Below, in pieces: positions 26,162 through 35,295 of a stretch of DNA of 64,000 nucleotides. The notes under the pieces are model-generated. The model was not told the DNA's origin. It saw nothing but the letters and a program-made list of their open reading frames with translations, and did no database searches. How positions within the stretch are numbered: position 1 is the first letter of the stretch; the number at the start of each line of letters is the position of its first letter. The position numbers and the translations under genes were made by a program. The DNA is from Candidatus Binatia bacterium (GTDB taxonomy: Bacteria; Desulfobacterota; Binatia; HRBIN30), in contig JBIOJG010000030.1 of NCBI GenBank assembly GCA_044450645.1, forward strand, positions 47 to 64,046. Direction: 5' to 3'.

Positions 26162-27031
26162 ATGAAGAGAACCGTGTGCGTGCTAGCCATCGCCCTCGGT
26201 TTGGCTGCGAGTGCTCAGGCGCAGTCGGAAACCGGAACAGTGGCGGCCATGGTGGGAGCGCTGCAGATTCAGCGCGGTGGGGCCTGGCAGGCGGGTAGTA
26301 TTGGGGCGCCTGTGTTCACTGGCGACCGGCTGCGTACCGGGGCGAACGATCAAGCCAAGATCGTCTTTCGAGAGGAATCGGTTCTCGACATGGCGCCAAA
26401 CACGGAGATCCTGTTGGATACACAGGTGTTCGACCGGCCTCCACGACTGCAATCGCTCTTACGTTTGAGCGGAGGGAAAATTCGAGCTTGGGTGAGCGAG
26501 TCCTACCATGAAGCGCGGTCGCGCTACGAGGTAGAAACTCCCACCGCCGTCGTTCGTGCCCGCGGGACCGAGTTCATAGCGCTCTACGATCCCGGGCCTG
26601 AACTCACCGATGTGGTGTGCCTCGCTGGGGAAGTGGAGGTCGTTGGCACACTGGGAGTGATCGGCAACAACGTGCAAGTGGGCCCGCAACTTCACTCTCA
26701 GGTTGCAAAGGGTCGCTTTCCAACGACAGCGCAACCCGTCGATACGACGCAGATGCCGCAATATGCCGCGGGTCTGGAAATCATCGGTACCGGCCACCGG
26801 GACGGTTTGAACATCCAGCACCCCGCTGTGGCAGGGCGCCTGATCGCGGCGCAGGACCTACCTGTCGGTGCCGCACCGACCGGCGCAGAGGAGATCACCG
26901 TCGGAGCTCCGCAGGAGTTTCTGGTTGACCGGCTATCCCCCGACGTTCGCACCAACACCCAACCGCTGCTCGATTTCGAGCGCACCCCACCGGGCCAGGT
27001 GCCAACCGGGAGTGTCAAAGTTCAGTTTTAG
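26162..27031 (+). CDS. FecR-domain periplasmic protein
   Basis: Signal peptide MKRTVCVLAIALGLAASAQA. GDRLRTGANDQAKIVFREESVLDMAPNTEILLD...GGKIRAWV...VVRARGTEF matches the FecR fold pattern. Confidence 0.65.
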   Translation: MKRTVCVLAIALGLAASAQAQSETGTVAAMVGALQIQRGGAWQAGSIGAPVFTGDRLRTGANDQAKIVFREESVLDMAPNTEILLDTQVFDRPPRLQSLLRLSGGKIRAWVSESYHEARSRYEVETPTAVVRARGTEFIALYDPGPELTDVVCLAGEVEVVGTLGVIGNNVQVGPQLHSQVAKGRFPTTAQPVDTTQMPQYAAGLEIIGTGHRDGLNIQHPAVAGRLIAAQDLPVGAAPTGAEEITVGAPQEFLVDRLSPDVRTNTQPLLDFERTPPGQVPTGSVKVQF

Positions 27032-27084
27032 TGTGGCGTGAATCGGAGCCGTAACGGTCTGTAGTGCTAGAGCTTGTTTTGGTG

Positions 27085-27090
27085 TATAAG
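27085..27090 (+). promoter_or_regulatory. possible extended -10 element (TGTATAAG) upstream of the Lpp-like gene
   Basis: gtgTATAAG about 80 nt upstream of the start. No convincing -35 hexamer. Coordinates +/-2. Confidence 0.25.
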
Positions 27091-27171
27091 GCGGAGACCT
27101 TGCGGCGTGTGGCATTTTGTGCAATAAACTGAAGGGATGTTCGATCCCAGTGGTTGGAAGGAGGTGACACG

Positions 27172-27429
27172 ATGCGGTTCGGAATGAAGACTCAGGTGGC
27201 GGCAAGTTTTGTCGGCTTGGTGTTACTGGCTGGCGTGACCGCTGGCTGCGCCAAGAAAAGTGGCGCGGAGGATGCTATGGCCGCGCGCGTCGAGGCGGCG
27301 GCGAGCAAGGCGGAGGCTGCGGCTAACAAGGCCGAGGCGGCGGCGAAGGGCGCGGCTGACGCTGCGCAGCGCGCTGAGGCTGCAGCACAGAAGGCCGAGG
27401 CAATCTTCCATAAGCACATGAAAAAGTAG
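27172..27429 (+). CDS. small alanine-rich coiled-coil lipoprotein, Braun-lipoprotein (Lpp)-like, C-terminal Lys
   Basis: SD aaggagg 7 nt upstream. Lipobox LLAGVTAGC. Heptad Ala/Glu/Lys repeats (AARVEAAASKAEAAANKAEAAAKGAADAAQRAEAAAQKAEA). Ends ...HMKK. Followed by a strong terminator. Confidence 0.55.
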   Translation: MRFGMKTQVAASFVGLVLLAGVTAGCAKKSGAEDAMAARVEAAASKAEAAANKAEAAAKGAADAAQRAEAAAQKAEAIFHKHMKK

Positions 27430-27456
27430 CAATTGGGATAGTCAGAACCTGCAAAA

Positions 27457-27484
27457 GGGCGATCCTTCGTGGTCGCCTTTTTTG
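27457..27484 (+). terminator. rho-independent terminator (7-bp GC stem GGCGATC/GGTCGCC, 6-nt loop, TTTTTT)
   Basis: Read directly from the sequence 28 nt after the Lpp-like stop codon. Confidence 0.55.
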
Positions 27485-27536
27485 CGTGTGCAGTGTGTGT
27501 CGAGCCGTGCGTTCGCGCAGCCGAACGCGGTTGTGC

Positions 27537-28574
27537 TTAGGGGTTGACGGCGTCAAAGGTGACGAGCGTTTTTAGCGCAGTTTTATCTTGAGCCGCCAAG
27601 CGATAAGCCTCCGGCGCCGCCGCCAGTGGAAACCGATGCGTCACGACCTGATGCGCCGACACGATCCCGCTGGCGATATAACGGAGCGCTTCGCGAGTAT
27701 CGAGCGGCCCGCACGAGTAGCTGGGAATCAACCGGATCTCTCGGAAGTACAAATCGTTCGTCGAGAGCGACAGGCGCGCTTCCGGCGGGGTGCCCATGAA
27801 TTGGACCACTGTGCCGCCGGACGCAACGCACGCGAATCCGGTCTCCAGCGCCTCGACAGTTGCCGGCCCAACAATGACGATTTCTGTTCCTTCGCCGCCA
27901 GTGGCGTCGGCAACTCGTTGCGGCAGGCTGCCAGCCGCAGCATCGAGAACGACATCGGCGCCGAGCCCGCGCGCCCACTCGCAGCGGGTGCTGACGAGGT
28001 CGGTGGCGATGACGACACGCGCACCCAGGTGTTTCGCCAACACCACGTGTAACTGTCCCATCACGCCAAGGCCGATGATGAGAATCGACGCCTCCGCCAC
28101 GCGACCAGCGCGGTTCAATGACTTGACGACGCATGCCGTCGGTTCCACCAACGCTCCATCTTCGTCGCTGACCGTGTCGGGCAACAGCAGCGTGTCGCCG
28201 AACAGGTTGGTTTCGGGAACGCAGAAGTACTCCGCCATCCCGCCGGGCACGATGCGCGACGCGCGCCACGTCGGGCACTGCGCAAACTCGCCGCGCCGGC
28301 AGGCGCGACACTTCAGACACGGTGCATGGTGATGGACGAACACCCGCATGCCGCGTTCCAGGTGCGTCACCTCGGCGCCGACTTCCACGATTTCGCCGAC
28401 CGGTTCATGACCGAAAACCAGGGGGGCCTTCTTGCGGATGTACCAGGGCACGACGTCACCCGAACAAATGCCGCAGGCGCGCGTGCGGACCAGTGCCTCT
28501 CGTGGGCCGGGGCGTGGCACGGGATCCTCCTCGACGCGGACGTCGAGGTAATCGTAGATTCGGGCGACCTTCAT
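27537..28574 (-). CDS. zinc-dependent medium-chain alcohol/threonine dehydrogenase family oxidoreductase
   Basis: 345 aa. CGICSGD...GHEPVGEIVEVG catalytic-Zn motif, structural-Zn Cys cluster (CLKCRACRRG), GLGVMGQ Rossmann motif. Confidence 0.8.
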   Translation of the reverse strand: MKVARIYDYLDVRVEEDPVPRPGPREALVRTRACGICSGDVVPWYIRKKAPLVFGHEPVGEIVEVGAEVTHLERGMRVFVHHHAPCLKCRACRRGEFAQCPTWRASRIVPGGMAEYFCVPETNLFGDTLLLPDTVSDEDGALVEPTACVVKSLNRAGRVAEASILIIGLGVMGQLHVVLAKHLGARVVIATDLVSTRCEWARGLGADVVLDAAAGSLPQRVADATGGEGTEIVIVGPATVEALETGFACVASGGTVVQFMGTPPEARLSLSTNDLYFREIRLIPSYSCGPLDTREALRYIASGIVSAHQVVTHRFPLAAAPEAYRLAAQDKTALKTLVTFDAVNP

Positions 28575-28578
28575 CGCC

Positions 28579-29694
28579 TCACGGAACGACGGCGAATTTT
28601 ATCCCGTCTCCGCGATGGTGTTCGTGTAAGGCTTGCTCGAGGCTCTGGAGCGGATAGGCGCCGGTGATCAACGCCTGCCCGTTGAAACTGTCTTGGGTGA
28701 GCATCTCGTAGGCCCGGCGGACAGCCCGCGGGGTGAAATGAAAGGGACTGATGATGCGCAACTGGTCATAGTGCAACCGTTGCGTGTCGAAACGGCTATG
28801 CGATCCACTTGGGCAGCCGCCGAACAGCACAACCTGGCCACCACGGCGCGCCAGCCCGGGCGCCGCTTCCCACACCGCGACTTGCCCGGTACATTCGATC
28901 ACCACGTCGGCCCCGCGTCCGTGCGTGTAGCTGAGCACCTGCTCGCGGCCGTCTGGCAGTCCGCCGATGAACACCTGGTCGGCCCCGAGTCGGCGCGCGT
29001 GTTGGGCGCGCTTTGGCCGGCGTCCAAGGACGGCGATGCGCTCGATTCCCATCGCCCGCAGCACCAGCAGATGGAGTAGGCTGATAGCGCCGGCGCCGAC
29101 GAGGACCACGGTGTCGTCCGGACGCAGGGTGACGAATTCAAGGCCGTGGAGCACGCAGGCGAGCGGCTCGAGCAAGGCCGCCACCGGAAAGGCCACGTTG
29201 TCCGGCTTGCGATAGAGATTCACCTTGACGATCCGTGCCGGCAACTTGATGTACTCGGCGTAGGCGCCGAGGACCATGGTCTCCATCACCGTTTCACAGA
29301 GATTTTCCTGGTCACGCTGGCAGTAGTAGCACTGGCCGCACGGGGCCGTGGGTACCGCCATGACCGGATCGCCTTCGCGAAACCCGCGCACCCGCGTGCC
29401 GAGATCCGCGATCTCGCCAGCAAACTCATGCCCGAACGGAGTGGGCATGGGAAACTTGGGATGGCCCCGCAAGAAGGCCTTCAGATCGGTGCCGCAGGTA
29501 AGGGCGGCGCGAATGCGAATCACCACGTCTTCGGGGCCAGGAAGCGGCCGCGGTACTTCACAGAGCGAGATTTCTCCTGGGCGCACCAGGACGTGGGCCC
29601 GCATGAACGCATAGCGGTCCGCCCGCGTCGCTAATGCGGATGCTTCTTGCTGCATGCCGTACCCGTATATGCGGGCCTCCGCCTTGTCAATCAA
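28579..29694 (-). CDS. zinc-dependent MDR-family dehydrogenase (second paralog)
   Basis: 371 aa; true start probably the internal Met near 29601. CGTDLKAF...GHEFAGEIADLG, CGQCYYCQRD, GAGAISLL. Confidence 0.8.
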   Translation of the reverse strand: MIDKAEARIYGYGMQQEASALATRADRYAFMRAHVLVRPGEISLCEVPRPLPGPEDVVIRIRAALTCGTDLKAFLRGHPKFPMPTPFGHEFAGEIADLGTRVRGFREGDPVMAVPTAPCGQCYYCQRDQENLCETVMETMVLGAYAEYIKLPARIVKVNLYRKPDNVAFPVAALLEPLACVLHGLEFVTLRPDDTVVLVGAGAISLLHLLVLRAMGIERIAVLGRRPKRAQHARRLGADQVFIGGLPDGREQVLSYTHGRGADVVIECTGQVAVWEAAPGLARRGGQVVLFGGCPSGSHSRFDTQRLHYDQLRIISPFHFTPRAVRRAYEMLTQDSFNGQALITGAYPLQSLEQALHEHHRGDGIKFAVVP

Positions 29695-29749
29695 GTTCGC
29701 AAAACGCCGTTACGATGGCAGGGATTGTTCTCCCGTCGGCGAGGCGGTG

Positions 29750-31201
29750 ATGACCTCTCCCGCGGTGACTTCCCGTCGCCGGCGCGCTATACGCTATCGT
29801 TCAATGCCGGAGCCTTTGGCAGTGGAACAACGACATCCCGAGTTTGCTACGCTGCTGCGTGCCGCTGCGGCTGGACAGCAGAAGCCGGTATATCTGTTCG
29901 TCGGTGAACCGTTTGAAACCAGGGCGCCGGCGGATGCGCTGCTCGATGCGCTCGTGCCGGAACCTCGCCGCATCTTCAACCTGGAAACCTACGATGGCCG
30001 GACCACTTCCCTGAGCCGAGTGATCGACAGCCTGCGCACACCCGGTTTCTTCCCGGGCGTGAAGGTCGTATGGGTGCGTGAGAGCACGTTGTTCCTGTCG
30101 GGCGAGAAGCGGCCCGATGTTGCGACCGCGCTCTTCCGTGCATGGAGTGAGGGGCGTGAGCACGACGCGGCGGACAAGCTGCTCACGCTGGTTGCGCTAG
30201 CGGGATGGTCGGACGAGCAATTCCGCGACACCCGCTGGTCCAAAAGCCGCGTGCGCGAGGTGTTCGGTGGGGATCTGGAGGCGGAACAGATGGCGCAACT
30301 CGACGCGCTGCAGGCTGCCTGTCTGGCACGCGACCTCGGTGTGAGTGCGTACCGCGACGACAGCGCGGTGTTGGTGGAGTTTCTCGACGCCGGCATGCCG
30401 CCGCAAGCCGTCCTGTTGTTCACCGCTTCGGCCGTCGATGGCCGCAAGCGCGTATGCAAGCGGCTGCGCGAGATTGGTGGGGTGGCCGATTTCAGCGCGG
30501 CCCGCGAGCGCAGCGGTGCGTTGAGCCGCGACACCGTGCAGGATCTGGTGCGCCAGATCGCGGCGCAATGTGGCAAACGGCTGGCGCCCGGATCTCAGGA
30601 CCTCATCCTGCGGCGGGCTGGTACTGATCTCGCCATGTTGGCGATGGAGCTGGAGAAAGTGTGCTTGTACGTCGGTGAGCGGCTGGTGATCACCGCGGAC
30701 GATGTCGGCGCGGTGTTCCGCGACATGGGCGAGTCGTGGATCTTCGATTTTACTGCCGCCTTGGCGAGTCGCCAGTTGGCGGCGGCTCTGCCACTGCTAC
30801 GGGGGCTGATCCGGCAGGGCGAGCCACCCTTGCGGCTGCTCGCCATGGTGGCACGCGAGGTGCGCCTATTGTTAGTTGCCCGCGAGTGTCTGGATGAGGA
30901 GCTGGACGGCAAGTGGCGCCCAGACACGTCGTTCAACGTCTTTCAAACGCGCATCCTTCCGCACCTCGACGCCGGTAGCCGCCAGGTCTTCGGAAACGCG
31001 CACCCTTTTGTCCTGTACCGCCGCTTCCAGGATGCGGTCCGCATCAGCGCTCGCACCTTGCGGAATGCCCTGGTGCAATTGTCGGAGCTCGACACTCGGC
31101 TGAAGTCCTCGCGTGGCGATCCGGCTATCTTGCTCGAGAGCTTCGTCATTGATTGGTGCCGCACTGGCAGTGCGGCACCTCAACGGACACGGGTCGCATG
31201 A
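29750..31201 (+). CDS. holA: DNA polymerase III subunit delta
   Basis: The ORF track starts at 29654 but overlaps the upstream minus-strand gene; the internal Met at 29750 is preferred. VYLFVGEP...LETYDG, LEKVCLYVGE..ITADDV, and C-terminal helical domain pattern of HolA. Confidence 0.7.
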   Translation: MTSPAVTSRRRRAIRYRSMPEPLAVEQRHPEFATLLRAAAAGQQKPVYLFVGEPFETRAPADALLDALVPEPRRIFNLETYDGRTTSLSRVIDSLRTPGFFPGVKVVWVRESTLFLSGEKRPDVATALFRAWSEGREHDAADKLLTLVALAGWSDEQFRDTRWSKSRVREVFGGDLEAEQMAQLDALQAACLARDLGVSAYRDDSAVLVEFLDAGMPPQAVLLFTASAVDGRKRVCKRLREIGGVADFSAARERSGALSRDTVQDLVRQIAAQCGKRLAPGSQDLILRRAGTDLAMLAMELEKVCLYVGERLVITADDVGAVFRDMGESWIFDFTAALASRQLAAALPLLRGLIRQGEPPLRLLAMVAREVRLLLVARECLDEELDGKWRPDTSFNVFQTRILPHLDAGSRQVFGNAHPFVLYRRFQDAVRISARTLRNALVQLSELDTRLKSSRGDPAILLESFVIDWCRTGSAAPQRTRVA

Positions 31202-32187
31202 GAAAAATGTTCCGCCCCCCAGTCGCCCGCTTCGTGCCTGGTGCCTGGGCTTCGACCAAGGTCCAGGCCGCCGGCGTCATCAGGGCAACCCGCCACCTTG
31301 CCACGGGGAACTTCCTCGCGGACCTGGTCGGTCTCCTGTTGCTGGTCCCGGTGGCGGTGATGAGTTTTGTGCGCGACCGGTGCATCCAGTGGGCGGCGGC
31401 GCTGGCGTACTACACGCTCATTGGTCTGGTGCCGTTGCTGATTGTCCTCTTCTCCTTGATCAAGTGGCTCGGGCTGCACCGCCGGCTCACGCCGTTCATC
31501 GTCAGCACCATCGGTGCCGGCTCGCCGGAAGTGTCGATACAGATCGTCCGCTTCATCGACCGCACGAACATGAATGCGGTGGGTATCCTCAGCATACTCG
31601 GAGCGCTGCTCGCGGTTCTTGGGATCTTGGGAAACGCTGAGCTCTGCTTCAACACCATTTGGGGTGGTCTTCCCGGCAGGCCGTGGTGGGGGAAGGTGCG
31701 CGCTTTCATCGGCGTGGCGGTGGCCGCGCCCGTCATGCTGCTGCTGGCTTTGGCCGCCACGACGTTCTTCCGCCGCGGCACCACGGCCTGGGCGTTTTTC
31801 GAGGAGTTCTATCTGGGGGACGCGGTGCTCTTCGTATTGGGGATCTCGCCGTATGCGCTGCTCTGGGTCAGCTTTACGATGCTGTACACCGTGCTGCCGA
31901 ATCGGATCGTCCGGCTACGCTCGGCCCTTGTCGGGGCCGTGGTCGCCGGCTCGCTCTGGCAGTTTGCGCAGTGGGGCTACGTCACGTTCGTGATCAAAAT
32001 GGTGCGCTTCAGCGCCTTCTACGGCGCCCTGTGGCAACTGCCGATCTTGCTGGCCTGGGTTTACGTCGCGTGGTCGATCATCCTCTTTGGCGCCGAGGTT
32101 TGTCGCGCCCACCAGCAACGGCATGAAGCCCGGGTCACTTCGCGCCGCGTCGTACCACAAACACCGGACACGGTGCGTGTCGAATAA
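31198..32187 (+). CDS. YihY/BrkB-family inner-membrane protein
   Basis: AALAYYTLIGLVPLLIVLFSL and six TM segments typical of YihY. The ATG overlaps the holA stop (ATGA). Confidence 0.8.
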   Translation: MRKMFRPPVARFVPGAWASTKVQAAGVIRATRHLATGNFLADLVGLLLLVPVAVMSFVRDRCIQWAAALAYYTLIGLVPLLIVLFSLIKWLGLHRRLTPFIVSTIGAGSPEVSIQIVRFIDRTNMNAVGILSILGALLAVLGILGNAELCFNTIWGGLPGRPWWGKVRAFIGVAVAAPVMLLLALAATTFFRRGTTAWAFFEEFYLGDAVLFVLGISPYALLWVSFTMLYTVLPNRIVRLRSALVGAVVAGSLWQFAQWGYVTFVIKMVRFSAFYGALWQLPILLAWVYVAWSIILFGAEVCRAHQQRHEARVTSRRVVPQTPDTVRVE

Positions 32188-32575
32188 TCTTCTCTGCGAC
32201 GCTCCCCATGACGAGATGTTCGAGGCCGCTGCGGCCGTGCGTCGCCGTGACAATCAGATCCACGCTGCGCTGCGTGGTGATTGCGAGCAGCTGTTCGTAG
32301 GGGTCGCCGATATCCACCACGAACTCGCACTTCGAGTATCCCCCCGTCCATTTCTGATGGATGTCTTCCAGCAGCGAGCGGGCGCGGTTGCGGGCTTCGT
32401 CGAATGTGAGGGTCGGCCGTTCATGCTGGTACAGCTCCCCGCTGGGGACGTGAATGATGTGCGCCAGAAGGAGGGTTCCATCGGAAGCCCGTGCGAAACG
32501 CCCCCCGTATTCGATGGCGCGATACGAAGCGTCGGAGAAATCCGTCGGGCAGAGAATAGTCTTGAATTCACGCAT
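32135..32575 (-). CDS. universal stress protein (UspA family)
   Basis: MREFKTILCPTDFSDAS...HGRSGLEHLVMGSVAEKIIRHAPCPVFVV is the full UspA signature. Confidence 0.85.
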   Translation of the reverse strand: MREFKTILCPTDFSDASYRAIEYGGRFARASDGTLLLAHIIHVPSGELYQHERPTLTFDEARNRARSLLEDIHQKWTGGYSKCEFVVDIGDPYEQLLAITTQRSVDLIVTATHGRSGLEHLVMGSVAEKIIRHAPCPVFVVRRGAK

Positions 32576-32591
32576 GCTTGCTCTCCTCTTC

Positions 32592-35072
32592 TCAGACGAC
32601 AACTTCGGCGGCCCGCAGCTTTGCGACCTCCGCCGCACTCATTCCGAGAACGCTCTGCAGGATCGAGTCCGTGTGCTCACCAAGTAACGGCCCCGGGCCA
32701 CGTACTTGGCCCGGCGTCTCGGACATTTTGAACGGCACGCCATCGAATTCCACGGTCTCGCCTTCCGGCGTGGCAATCCTTGCCCAGTAACCGCGGGCTT
32801 GCAAGTGCCGATCTCGTTGACAGAGGTCTTCGGCATTCGCAACTATGCCGGCGGCCAGCCCGGCGCTTTGCAGATGCGTCATGACTTCTTCCGCAGCGCG
32901 GTTTCTGGTCCATGACTCGACGTGAGCATCGAGCGCGGCGCGGCTGGCGATGCGCCCGCGCTCGGTTGCGAAGCGTTGGTCGCCCGCCCACGGCGGATTC
33001 CCGAGGGCGCGCCGGAAGCGCGCCCAGTCGTCCTCGCCGAAGACGGCGATCGCGCACCAGCGATCGCCGGCTGGCCCAACACTGGGCAAATCGGCGCAGC
33101 GATACACACCGTGCGGTGCCGCCGGCATTTCCTGAGAAGCGTTGCCGACCGGCGTTGCGAAACTGCGATGCACCAGGATATCGAGCAGTCCGGGGCCAAG
33201 TAGGGCGGTCAGGTTTTCGAATTGCGACAAATCGATGCGCTGGCCTGCGCCTGTCCGGTGCCGATGCCAGAGGGCCATCAGAACGGCCAGCGCGCCGCTG
33301 TAGCCTGCGGCCATGTCGGAGTACGAAAATCCCCAGCCGCTGGGCTCGCCGTCCACATGGCGCATCAGTAGCGTGTATCCAGCCAGCGCCTGCAAAGTGG
33401 GGCCGTACGCGACGTAGTCCCGGTACGGACCGGTGTGACCGAACCCAGACATACTGAGGGCGATGATCTCCGGCTTCAAACGGCGGAGGCTCTCGTAATC
33501 CAGTTGCCAGTTCCGCATCACGCGTGGGCTGAAGTTGTCAACCACCACGTCCGCCGTCGCGACGAGTTGTTTCGCCAGCTCAACTCCCCGCTGGGTGTTC
33601 ATGTTGATCACGATGCTCTGCTTCCCGCGGTTGAGATTGCCGGTCAGCCCGCCGCGGCGCGAGCCGAAGTCGAGGGCGTCACGCCGCTCGATCTTGATGA
33701 CCTCGGCGCCGTGATCCGCGAGGATGCGTGTCGCTACCGGGCCGGCCACGACCCACGTAAAGTCGATGATTCGCACGCCCTCGATCGTGCTGAGAGGAAA
33801 GGGCTGAGCGTTGAGCGCTGAGTCCTGAGTCCTGAGTCCCGAATCTGCGTTCTGTGCTTCGATCTCCGCCAACACTTCGTTGGTGTGCTCGCCGACCAAC
33901 GGTGGCCGGCGGCGGATACGCCAAGGCGTGCTGCTGAACACGTAGGGAGCGCCGGGGTACGCGAGAGTGGCGTTCAACTCCTCGTGGCGGACCGGCACGA
34001 AGAAGCCGCGGTCGAGTAGCTGCGGATTGTGCGGCAGCGTTTCTGGTGGGAGCACCGGGGCGTAGGGGATGCGCCGGAGTTGCGCGCCCTCGACCAAGTC
34101 GGCGACGGCGTAGTCTTTGGCCCACTGATCGAGCACGTCGAAAAGATGATTGCAGTGGTCGCGCCGGTGGTTGAAATCTTCCCACGCCGGCTCGACCAGG
34201 TCCTGCGCTTTGCCGTCCGCCTTCACCCACTCGATCAATGAAGTCCAGTCGCACAACGCACAGTGCATGATGTAGCCATCTTTGCAGCGGCCCACCCGGA
34301 AGTAGCGTGTCCAGTGCAAGCTGCCGTGACGTTCGGCGATCGTGCCGTTGTGATGGAAAAAGCTGCTGGCGTGCTCCAGCGAACCGGCAACGCATTCCTG
34401 CAGGCTGACGTCGATCCACTGCCCGTGCCCGCTGCGCTCGCGCGCCAGCAGCGCCAGCAGCGCGCCGATGGCGGCATACGTGGAGGCGCTGTGATACGCC
34501 TGCAATCCCAATCCTTGCAGCGGGGGCTCGTGCTCGAAGCCGTTCACATAGACCATGCCCCCGAGTGCCTGTGCGATCAGATCGGAGCTGCGGAAGTCGC
34601 GGTGCGGGCCGGTTTGCCCGCCCGGCGTGATGGAGACTAACGTGAGCCGCGGGTTGCGTTTGGCCAACGCTCCATAACCAAGACCAAGTGTATCAAGACC
34701 GCCCGGCGTGCCGGTTTCCACGACCACATCGGCGGTCGCGGCGAGCCGCATGAAGCGCTCGCGGTCTCGCGACGTGCCGAGATCGAGGGCCACGCTGCGC
34801 TTGTTGGTATTGTAGTGCCAGAAAAAGAGCGAGCCAGCCGGTGCTTCCTTTTTTCCGTCCGGGAGAGGATCGAGGTGAGAAGATGAGATGACCGACGTGC
34901 CAGCGTCACCTCTGAAGAACGGCCCGATGCGTCGCATCGCCACACCGCCGGGTGGCTCGATCTTGATGACGTCCGCACCCATGTCGGCCAAAAGTTTGGC
35001 GCAGTACACACCAGACTCGTCCGCCAGGTCGAGCACGCGCACGCCATGGAGGGCGCCCGGAGACCCGATCAT
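32592..35072 (-). CDS. tandem-duplicated family III CoA-transferase (two CaiB/BaiF domains in one polypeptide)
   Basis: 826 aa. Domain 1 GVRVLDLADESGVYCAKLLADMGADVIKIEPPGG; domain 2 GVRIIDFTWVVAGPVATRILADHGAEVIKIERRD. Confidence 0.8.
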   Translation of the reverse strand: MIGSPGALHGVRVLDLADESGVYCAKLLADMGADVIKIEPPGGVAMRRIGPFFRGDAGTSVISSSHLDPLPDGKKEAPAGSLFFWHYNTNKRSVALDLGTSRDRERFMRLAATADVVVETGTPGGLDTLGLGYGALAKRNPRLTLVSITPGGQTGPHRDFRSSDLIAQALGGMVYVNGFEHEPPLQGLGLQAYHSASTYAAIGALLALLARERSGHGQWIDVSLQECVAGSLEHASSFFHHNGTIAERHGSLHWTRYFRVGRCKDGYIMHCALCDWTSLIEWVKADGKAQDLVEPAWEDFNHRRDHCNHLFDVLDQWAKDYAVADLVEGAQLRRIPYAPVLPPETLPHNPQLLDRGFFVPVRHEELNATLAYPGAPYVFSSTPWRIRRRPPLVGEHTNEVLAEIEAQNADSGLRTQDSALNAQPFPLSTIEGVRIIDFTWVVAGPVATRILADHGAEVIKIERRDALDFGSRRGGLTGNLNRGKQSIVINMNTQRGVELAKQLVATADVVVDNFSPRVMRNWQLDYESLRRLKPEIIALSMSGFGHTGPYRDYVAYGPTLQALAGYTLLMRHVDGEPSGWGFSYSDMAAGYSGALAVLMALWHRHRTGAGQRIDLSQFENLTALLGPGLLDILVHRSFATPVGNASQEMPAAPHGVYRCADLPSVGPAGDRWCAIAVFGEDDWARFRRALGNPPWAGDQRFATERGRIASRAALDAHVESWTRNRAAEEVMTHLQSAGLAAGIVANAEDLCQRDRHLQARGYWARIATPEGETVEFDGVPFKMSETPGQVRGPGPLLGEHTDSILQSVLGMSAAEVAKLRAAEVVV

Positions 35073-35295
35073 GCGTTGCCCGGATAGAAGAGGCCCTGCC
35101 CGAAGTCAACGCGCCATGGGCTCATTGGCCTGCTTGCCCGACCTTGGTGAGCCAGGCGTCCCCCGCGTGTGCAGGTTCGTTCAGCGCTGCAGCCATTTGT
35201 TGTTGATGGTCTTTTGCAGGTTGTGATAGCGATGGGTCCCATCCATGGAAGCCTGGGACAGAGCAGGCGCCGAGGCTCCTCACACATATGATCAT

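Noticed and set aside
29654-29749. Upstream extension of holA from the ORF-track start
   Set aside because: It would overlap the convergent or divergent ADH gene N-terminus by about 40 nt and adds non-conserved residues. The internal Met at 29750 (or 29801) is preferred.
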